This document shows, piece after piece, positions 18,686 to 25,378 of a stretch of 64,000 bases of DNA. Position numbers and translations under genes: made by a program. This DNA is from an uncultured bacterium (lineage in GTDB: Bacteria > Patescibacteriota > Dojkabacteria > J137): positions 66,058-130,057 of the forward strand of contig OY969472.1 in NCBI GenBank assembly GCA_963700155.1, written 5' to 3'. Each line of letters starts with the position of its first letter. Within the stretch, counting starts at the first letter, position 1. The notes under the pieces were generated by a model. It saw nothing but the letters and a program-made list of their open reading frames with translations, was not told where the DNA came from and did not search any database.

Positions 18686-19699
18686 CTAACGTCGATAGAT
18701 CATCCCAGACCCAAAGGCTTTGGGTGGGGATATCTTCATCCCCATTCGAGCGAATACACTTTCAAGGCGTGTTCGCTCTGACTCAAGTTTGAAGTTATCT
18801 CCCCCGGTGGGGAAGAACACAAAAACCTGAGTTTTGGGGTTTTGTTCAAGGATGACACGAATATCATCCTCTCCCGCTCCAACTTGAAGCGGAAACGACG
18901 TTGAAAACGGCTGGGTTTCCACCCAGCCGATAATTTCTGAGAGCGGCTTCAAGCCGCTCGAAGTGTAATCAGGGAGAGTGATGCGAACACCCTCTCCCTC
19001 CGTATAAATTGTCCAGATTCGTCCCTTCTCGCGGAGGGAAAACAGCTTTGCCCAAATCTGGGAATCGCTGCTCTGAGCTAGGACACTGGCGACGTACGAG
19101 TCCAACTCGTAGCCTCCAATGTCCATCCCAACCATACCCGCCGTGTAAGCGAATGCCCCCGCAGCTTGGCGGAGATAAGCGCCGGACACAATGAATGTGT
19201 CCGGCTCCCGTTCGAACCACTCAATGTGGTCGAACACGAACGGGGTCACGGGATCAACCGTGACCTTCAAAAAAGCTTGGTCGTGCTCAACCTGAGCACG
19301 ACCGTTTGCAAACCGGACAGCTTCAGCAGCGATTTTCATCGCTGCCTCCACCGCCCAGTTCGAGTCAGGGTCGTCCGCCCAGCGGGTGACCCATTCTTTC
19401 GAAATCCCAGCCTGGCGTTCGCCAGGCACGGAAACAATAACCCCCCAGCGGAGCTGGGAAGTATTGAGCCATTGCGGCATCGCTGCCGCAACGACTCCCG
19501 GGGTATTTTGCATGACAACCGCCTCGGCAGAGGCGGTAATTGCTTGCTGCTCGATCTCGGTCAACTGACCGATAACTTCAGCTTTGTTGAGCGCGAACGT
19601 AACGTTCGCGCTTCCAACAACTTCGACTTGGATGTGGCCGAAGTCGGTCGCATGACGACCGACAACAAAGAACTTTTTGGTTTGAATTTCATTTGCCAT
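18686..19699 (-). CDS. island 337-aa protein, unknown function (strongly GC-biased codons)
   Basis: ATG preceded by GGGGAGGAG; no catalytic or structural motif recognised from sequence alone. Confidence 0.5.
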   Translation of the reverse strand: MANEIQTKKFFVVGRHATDFGHIQVEVVGSANVTFALNKAEVIGQLTEIEQQAITASAEAVVMQNTPGVVAAAMPQWLNTSQLRWGVIVSVPGERQAGISKEWVTRWADDPDSNWAVEAAMKIAAEAVRFANGRAQVEHDQAFLKVTVDPVTPFVFDHIEWFEREPDTFIVSGAYLRQAAGAFAYTAGMVGMDIGGYELDSYVASVLAQSSDSQIWAKLFSLREKGRIWTIYTEGEGVRITLPDYTSSGLKPLSEIIGWVETQPFSTSFPLQVGAGEDDIRVILEQNPKTQVFVFFPTGGDNFKLESERTRLESVFARMGMKISPPKAFGSGMIYRR

Positions 19700-19710
19700 T
19701 TTGAATCTCC

Positions 19711-19725
19711 TCCCCTTCGTGGGGA
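19711..19725 (-). promoter_or_regulatory. 5-bp GC hairpin overlapping the SD of the 337-aa gene
   Basis: minus strand UCCCC-ACGAA-GGGGA; the 3' arm is part of the GGGGAGGAG SD. Confidence 0.3.
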
Positions 19726-19741
19726 CTTAAAAGAACAGATT

Positions 19742-19759
19742 TCATGCCCATTGGCATGA
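19742..19759 (-). promoter_or_regulatory. palindrome TCATGCC-CATT-GGCATGA in the leader of the 337-aa gene
   Basis: 7-bp inverted repeat; a related TGCCA-A-TGGCA core at 19791-19801. Confidence 0.45.
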
Positions 19760-19900
19760 GTCAGAAAACAAATTTTTGCTTTCAAGCTACTGCCAATGGC
19801 AATCTTCTCTTTTTAGAGTTAGACATTGAAAATTTCGTTTGCAGTTATACTGCTACATTGAAATTAATATTTTATGAAGTTATTAAAATTAATTAATAAC

Positions 19901-19916
19901 TTGTTTTTTAAAGAAC
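19901..19916 (-). promoter_or_regulatory. island promoter-like box, copy e (TTGTTTTTTAAAGAAC)
   Basis: about 200 nt upstream of the 19699 start. Confidence 0.35.
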
Positions 19917-20113
19917 ATCTTCTTAAAAGAAGAGATTAATTTAAAAAGACTAAAATACCCTCTTATTTCAAGGTTCGAGAGGTGGTCTTTAGCCACCCCT
20001 CATTTGTATTCTACTTGATTACTAAAAAAACTTAAGTTTTCAAGTAGATAGACTTTAGACATTTTTCACTCGCACCTATTTCTAGGTTGCCTCTTTGTGA
20101 GTTTTTTGGTGGG

Positions 20114-20527
20114 TTAAAAAGATTCCACCTCATGAACTCCCCCAAGGGGGCTGCTAACCAGCCGGGTCGCCCCGACTGACTCAGCGATCCGATTCAGCCG
20201 AGGACTGACCTCGGCAATCCTCAAAAGGAGGTCACTCTTTTTGGGATCCTCCACAGGAGTATCCCAAAGTTCTTTTGCCTCCTCTAAGGTGTAGGGCATA
20301 CCGCCCTCCACCCTAATTTCGACGCCCACCCACTGGGCGTCGACCTCGAGGTATTTAACCTCGGCTTTGAATCCTTCCTTTAGGAAGGATTGCAAAACCT
20401 GTTCTTTCTTCGCCTGCATACCTTGCAGGCGAACGATCATACCCTCCAAGGTTTTTACACCTTCGAGAAAATCCCCCACCCTAACGGTGGGGTATAGACC
20501 GTCATCAAAGTGCATTGTTACTTTCAT
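20114..20527 (-). CDS. island soluble protein, 137 aa, unknown function
   Basis: ATG 5 nt after GGAGGAG; the ORF-track start at 20566 is the ATG inside the leader palindrome and is unlikely. Confidence 0.45.
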   Translation of the reverse strand: MKVTMHFDDGLYPTVRVGDFLEGVKTLEGMIVRLQGMQAKKEQVLQSFLKEGFKAEVKYLEVDAQWVGVEIRVEGGMPYTLEEAKELWDTPVEDPKKSDLLLRIAEVSPRLNRIAESVGATRLVSSPLGGVHEVESF

Positions 20528-20549
20528 TTTTCTCCTCCTCGGAGAATAT

Positions 20550-20568
20550 TCATGCCCGAATGGCATGA
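20550..20568 (-). promoter_or_regulatory. palindrome TCATGCC-CGAAT-GGCATGA in the leader of the 137-aa gene
   Basis: 7-bp inverted repeat; this leader is about 75% identical over 105 nt to the 90-aa gene leader. Confidence 0.45.
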
Positions 20569-20620
20569 GTATATAGACACAAATCTACATACTACTACCA
20601 TTCAGCAATTTGAAAGTACA

Positions 20621-20634
20621 AGTTTTTAAAGAAC
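20621..20634 (-). promoter_or_regulatory. island promoter-like box, copy f (AGTTTTTAAAGAAC)
   Basis: 94 nt upstream of the 20527 start. Confidence 0.4.
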
Positions 20635-20639
20635 ACTGC

Positions 20640-21350
20640 TTTCACAGAGGTTGATAAACTTTTTGATTTACCAACCTCTATTAAAGCTTTTAAGGACTGC
20701 CCTGCTCTCGCGGGGCTTTTGTCATTCGACTTACTTTAAGACTTTTCTCTTACACCTCGGCCACAACGGCTTGGAGGTAAATTTTGTAAATGCCGAAAAA
20801 CTCGGAATTTACTATTTAATATTTGTCTGCATTATATGCAGCACTTTGCTTCGGACAACTAATGTTACCCCCGACCATAATTGCATCTCTCCTATCACTT
20901 TTCGGAGAGAGGATTGAAAACTTTTTAAAATTCTCAATCCTCTCCCCGAAAATCGGGGAAAGGAAAGTCTTTGCTCAAGTGATAGTAACTTGAGACTACT
21001 ATCTTTTTAACCGGTTAACTGTACCTCGCTTTTACGAGACCACCAGTAATCTAACCGATCATCCAGATAATCAAGTATTTAAATACTTAACTACCTTGGT
21101 AGGGTAAGGTAACAAATATATAAATATTTGATTACCTAAATAGCTAGTTCGTACTCACATTTAAGTGAACCACCGAATTTAGCATTAAGCTTTTGTTTAA
21201 TGGAACAAAGCCTAAAAAACAAAAAAAGCTTAGCGTGACTTAAGATAATTCAATCTTAAACCTTGCTAAGCTTTCTAAAAAAACATATTATATTTTTAAT
21301 ATTAATATGTTCAAGCCAATAAGGTAGGATTTATTATCTTGAGCAAATAT
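20640..21350 (-). ncRNA. ORF-free, hairpin-dense segment of about 700 nt; candidate structured RNA with its own promoter box
   Basis: at least 10 stems of 6-9 bp (AGAGGTTG..CAACCTCT, TCTCTCC..GGAGAGA, GAGGATTGA..TCAATCCTC, CCCCGA..TCGGGG, CTCAAGT..ACTTGAG, TTAACCGGTTAA, AAGTATTTAAATACTT, GCTTAGC..GCTAAGC); box g at its upstream end; the only ORF (88 aa, plus strand) looks spurious. Confidence 0.3.
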
Positions 21351-21351
21351 T

Positions 21352-21366
21352 AAGTTTTAAAAGAGC
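21352..21366 (-). promoter_or_regulatory. island promoter-like box, copy g (AAGTTTTAAAAGAGC), no ORF downstream
   Basis: marks the right edge of the island; followed on the minus strand by the structured ORF-free segment. Confidence 0.3.
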
Positions 21367-21563
21367 ATTTATTACTTTAAAGATATTACTATTATATACC
21401 TAGATATATAATATGTCAATACATGGCAACAAATTTTATATATTTTGACATATCACCTATTCACCCTATCAATAAGGCTATCAACAAATCGACGCTGCAT
21501 TATTTACTATTTTTTCACCAATTAGTGATAGTTTTTATCAAAAATGAGTTAGAATAAATACAT

Positions 21564-23711
21564 ATGATACAAAAAAATAACAAACATCAACCTGATGAAA
21601 ATATTGAAACTCAGGTTGATTTAAAAAGAGAGTTGTTTAGTCTTATAAAATCCTCCATTCTTGCAAGAACTAAAGCTAATAGAATGGACTCATATGATAG
21701 TCAAGAAATTTTAAATGCAATTTTTCACCAATTTCCTCAGCTCAGAAGTGAACAATTGCTCCATAATCATCTTGAATGGAATATAAATGAAGTTGATTGG
21801 AACTCTTCAGATTACGTAAATTACTTTTATGGGAATCCTGAAAATTTAGATACAGTTGTTAAATTTATTACTGATAATATTTGGTCTATTCCATTTTTAA
21901 CACCTAATCTGATAAATGAAGCGAAGAAAGAAGATGTTATACCATCAACTATACAAATCTTATATTCAATAATAGAAAAACTCTTACAGCAAAGAAACAT
22001 TGAATCCGCAAAAACATTAAGCAAGAAAATTCTAGTTAATATAAATCTGCTAGTTGAGCTAGGTGGTCATATATGGGTAAATAAATTATTAGAAGCGATT
22101 TCACTACAGAATCATGATCTTTGGGTAAATATATACGGTATGAAAGAGGAAGAATATCAATATTATTTAGATTATCAGAAAAAGATTGAGGGTATTTATG
22201 AATTCAATTCACAAATTCGAAAGCTTGCAAAAGGTAGAATCAACAACTATTCAAGAGATGAAAATGGAGAATTGATTACAACACGCACCGATCATGAAAG
22301 CGAAATTTGGAGAATTGCTGGTAGGAATATACCTTTTATACAACCAGATGATGTACTAGAAAAAGATATCTCAGAAATATGGAGAAATTACGAACAAGAA
22401 CTAATTAATTATATTACTAAAATAAATAAAAGTGATCCTGGGTGGCAATTAATTATAACCGAAATAAATAAACTGGTAGAATATTTAGGAGATAAGGACA
22501 TCAGAGGTCTACACTTAGAATATCCTTTTTGTTTAAATACATTAAGGCAAAATATATTATCTGAATTTAAACGAAAGATTTATTACGACACAAAAACTCT
22601 ACCTGGGAAAACTCCAGCTCCTAAAGACGATAGAGGAAAATCTACGAATTTTCTTGCACAAAATTCAAGCCAAAATGTTTTTATAAGCTATCTGGCATTG
22701 CGACGCCTTATGTTCCCAGACGAAGATTTAGAAAATATAGATGTAAATTCCCCTCGAGCTCATTTAGATTTAGATAGCGTTTATGAAATAGCAAATTTTG
22801 AAGAATATTCAGAAAGCAAACAACTTGAAAGTACACTATATAGAAGAAATATGATATTAGAAATATTAAAAGAATTAAACCTGAATACCACTCAAATCTT
22901 TGAACTAGGCAGTGGGAGTGGTTGGCTTACAAAACAATTACACGATTCCCTACCTGAAGTCCCTATACACAGTCTGGAAATAAGTACTGACCAAATAAAT
23001 GCTGCAAAAAGATTTTTGAAAGATGCAATAGATAAAGAAAATATAACAATTTCCCAACTATCTTGGGACGAATTATCTAGTTGGGTTCCCTTTATAAATA
23101 GAAACAAGACAATTCCAGCAGTATTACTTTGGATGGGAAGAAGTGCTACACATGAAGAGAGTCAAGATTCCTTTATAGCAACGTTACTTAACTTTTCTAA
23201 GTTTATGGAAAATGGAGATTTTCTAATAATGGATATGCCTGATCCAAATACAGGAACATATATAAAACTAAGACAAAATATGGTTAATGCGTTCAATAAA
23301 ATTGGGGAAAATTTAGACCCAATTGTACACATCGAACTAGAAGATTTTGACTATTTGGTTGATTCACCTGATGGTGAACATAATTATAATAGATTTACAC
23401 CTTCCTATCAGAAACTATTGAAAATTTTTGAATTTATAGGATTAGAACCTCAAATTGTTACATTACCGGAGAATATTGGGAAATCAAACTTTAGGAACCT
23501 TGAACAAACTGATAAGATGGATAAATGCATTTTAGAAAGAGTAAATTCAACAGAATATACTAAACGATCAGATCATTCTAACGGATTAACTGATGAAGAT
23601 TATAATAATCGTAGAAATATGGTTTTTGTATTAAAAAAGACAAGAAATGTAGATAGTTTTATATTAAACAATAAGACAGCATTATTACAAACACCTGGAA
23701 GAAGATTATAA
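21564..23711 (+). CDS. multidomain protein with C-terminal class I SAM-dependent methyltransferase fold
   Basis: motif I ELGSGSGW in the C-terminal third; N-terminal 400 aa unassigned. Confidence 0.45.
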   Translation: MIQKNNKHQPDENIETQVDLKRELFSLIKSSILARTKANRMDSYDSQEILNAIFHQFPQLRSEQLLHNHLEWNINEVDWNSSDYVNYFYGNPENLDTVVKFITDNIWSIPFLTPNLINEAKKEDVIPSTIQILYSIIEKLLQQRNIESAKTLSKKILVNINLLVELGGHIWVNKLLEAISLQNHDLWVNIYGMKEEEYQYYLDYQKKIEGIYEFNSQIRKLAKGRINNYSRDENGELITTRTDHESEIWRIAGRNIPFIQPDDVLEKDISEIWRNYEQELINYITKINKSDPGWQLIITEINKLVEYLGDKDIRGLHLEYPFCLNTLRQNILSEFKRKIYYDTKTLPGKTPAPKDDRGKSTNFLAQNSSQNVFISYLALRRLMFPDEDLENIDVNSPRAHLDLDSVYEIANFEEYSESKQLESTLYRRNMILEILKELNLNTTQIFELGSGSGWLTKQLHDSLPEVPIHSLEISTDQINAAKRFLKDAIDKENITISQLSWDELSSWVPFINRNKTIPAVLLWMGRSATHEESQDSFIATLLNFSKFMENGDFLIMDMPDPNTGTYIKLRQNMVNAFNKIGENLDPIVHIELEDFDYLVDSPDGEHNYNRFTPSYQKLLKIFEFIGLEPQIVTLPENIGKSNFRNLEQTDKMDKCILERVNSTEYTKRSDHSNGLTDEDYNNRRNMVFVLKKTRNVDSFILNNKTALLQTPGRRL

Positions 23712-23728
23712 ATTTTTAGATAAACAAA

Positions 23729-24487
23729 ATGATTAATACAACAGATATTGGAATAACTGATAAAGCTTTTGAACTTTACTCAATACTTTTAAAAAATGGG
23801 CTCTCCACTGTTGGCTACTTAATAAAACAGTCTGGTTATAAAAGAGCAACAGTCTATAAAAACTTATATTCCTTAGAAAGTATCGGATTAATTACAAAAA
23901 TTGATGTTAAAAAAGTAATCAATTTTAAAGCAGAACCTCCCAAAAAATTACTTGAATTAGCAGAAAAAAAATATATTGACACAAGACGTGTCTTATCTGA
24001 TATTGAAGGTCTTTTACCTGATTTAAATTCTGATTATATTTTATCAACTGAAAAACCAATAGTTACAACATTTGAAGGTGTAAAAGGATTAAAAAAGATA
24101 TATGAAGATATGCTTTCCGAAAAAAAGGAAATATTTGCAATTTTACAACCAAGTATTGTTGAACCGGAATTATTTAACTGGCTAAATAAAAATTTTTTTA
24201 AAAGAAGAAAAAAATTAGGAATAAGAGTAAATGCATTAGTATCAACTGGTAGTTGGTCCACTGACTATGTAAAACAAACAGAAAAAGATGATATTGGTAA
24301 AACTAGGTTAGTTTCTAGTCAAAAATATCCTTTCAAACTTGAGATGGATATTTTTGGCGACAAGGTGGCTTTCATTAACTACAAAAAGGGCGAGCCTCTA
24401 ATTGGGATTATTATCCACAATCCTTTTATTGCAAAAACAATGAAAGCCACCTTTGATTTAGCTTGGTTAGGAGCAGCAGATAGTTAA
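23729..24487 (+). CDS. TrmB-like HTH transcriptional regulator
   Basis: N-terminal winged-helix segment (GYKRATVYKNLYSLESIGLI) plus a C-terminal effector-like domain. Confidence 0.45.
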   Translation: MINTTDIGITDKAFELYSILLKNGLSTVGYLIKQSGYKRATVYKNLYSLESIGLITKIDVKKVINFKAEPPKKLLELAEKKYIDTRRVLSDIEGLLPDLNSDYILSTEKPIVTTFEGVKGLKKIYEDMLSEKKEIFAILQPSIVEPELFNWLNKNFFKRRKKLGIRVNALVSTGSWSTDYVKQTEKDDIGKTRLVSSQKYPFKLEMDIFGDKVAFINYKKGEPLIGIIIHNPFIAKTMKATFDLAWLGAADS

Positions 24488-24507
24488 ATAGTTAGAAAAG
24501 AATTTAA

Positions 24508-24849
24508 TTACTGTTCATTAAGAGATAATACTGTAGGTTTATTATAACCTTTAACCTCATAAATAACCCCATTCCATTCAGTATAAACAATCCCGATATG
24601 ATCTTTTGTAAATCTATCCCTTGATATTTCACCCATAAATTTAAACCAAAGATAATTCTCAACATTTCTTTTATCATTTTTAATATACTCAGAATCTGGA
24701 ATATACCTTGTAGCAAATGTTCTACCATCACCTATAACTAACCATTTCAACAGTGAGTTAATATCTTTAAGAAAATATAGGGAATTAAGTTCACCTTCCC
24801 AATCGGGAGTATGCTCTTCTAACTCATAAATAGATTCTAAAGAAGACAT
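24508..24849 (-). CDS. hypothetical protein
   Basis: 113-aa ORF, no motif. Confidence 0.3.
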   Translation of the reverse strand: MSSLESIYELEEHTPDWEGELNSLYFLKDINSLLKWLVIGDGRTFATRYIPDSEYIKNDKRNVENYLWFKFMGEISRDRFTKDHIGIVYTEWNGVIYEVKGYNKPTVLSLNEQ

Positions 24850-24910
24850 ATCTTTAAATTAAAAGTTTCGCAGATATTAACACTTTATTTTGACAGTTGT
24901 AAAGTCTAGA

Positions 24911-25339
24911 TTACTTTTTCCAGTCACATTTTTGCTGAACACATCTACATGAATATCCTAAATCTTTTGGCAAAGGTTGTGTTGGAGCAACACAAACTGA
25001 AACCGCTGGTTCATCTGTTCCACTTCCACAAATTTCAGAATTACATCCCATTACAGTACAATCAGAATCGATATTACAGGCTCCTTTTGTAGAACTCCCA
25101 TAGTATTCAGGAGTAGAAACAGGATTTTCTTGATTATAACTATTTCCATCTATATCGCACTTAACTGGCGAAGTAGCTATAATTGTTCCTCCAGCAGTTA
25201 CACACTCATCAAAGGTGTTTATTGAATTATTAGCTACCTCTTCTTTTTGATTTGCAAAATAAAGTACTACAATAGAAAAAAGAGTTCCTAAGATTATTAA
25301 TATAAAAAATATTAATAAAAATCTTTTATTTTCATCCAT
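24911..25339 (-). CDS. membrane-anchored cysteine-rich secreted protein
   Basis: N-terminal TM helix; 11 Cys in the C-terminal 90 aa (CDIDGNSY...CNIDSDCTVMGCNSEICGSG...CRCVQQKCDW). Confidence 0.35.
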   Translation of the reverse strand: MDENKRFLLIFFILIILGTLFSIVVLYFANQKEEVANNSINTFDECVTAGGTIIATSPVKCDIDGNSYNQENPVSTPEYYGSSTKGACNIDSDCTVMGCNSEICGSGTDEPAVSVCVAPTQPLPKDLGYSCRCVQQKCDWKK

Positions 25340-25378
25340 CTCATTAAAATTAATTTATAAACTTACTATCATTTTATA

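Larger units (their letters stand above)
15635..21300 (-). other. GC-rich compositional island with ribozyme-punctuated, same-strand transcription units; origin unknown
   Basis: abrupt switch from under 30% to about 50% GC; six ORFs all on the minus strand; repeated promoter boxes; three hammerhead ribozymes; internal AT-rich spacers. Confidence 0.6.

Noticed and set aside
18969-19785. Six overlapping 60-197 aa ORFs on both strands across the 337-aa gene
   Set aside because: They arise because GC-rich sequence has few stop codons, and they lack SDs; the minus-strand 337-aa ORF with a GGGGAGGAG SD is the coherent gene.
20651-20917. 88-aa plus-strand ORF inside the structured ORF-free stretch
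   Set aside because: It lies across several strong hairpins, has no SD and has an odd composition. The region is better explained as structured RNA.
15949-21366. Reading the TTTTAAA box as an archaeal TATA/BRE promoter
   Set aside because: All flanking genes are bacterial (SD sites, HrcA-GrpE-DnaK, bacterial aaRS types), so a bacterial alternative-sigma or element-specific promoter is more parsimonious.
15623-21385. Possible 9-bp target-site duplication TTTAAAGAT at both island edges
   Set aside because: The string is part of, or nearly identical to, the recurring promoter box TTTTAAAGAAC, so the match is expected by composition and is recorded only as weak.
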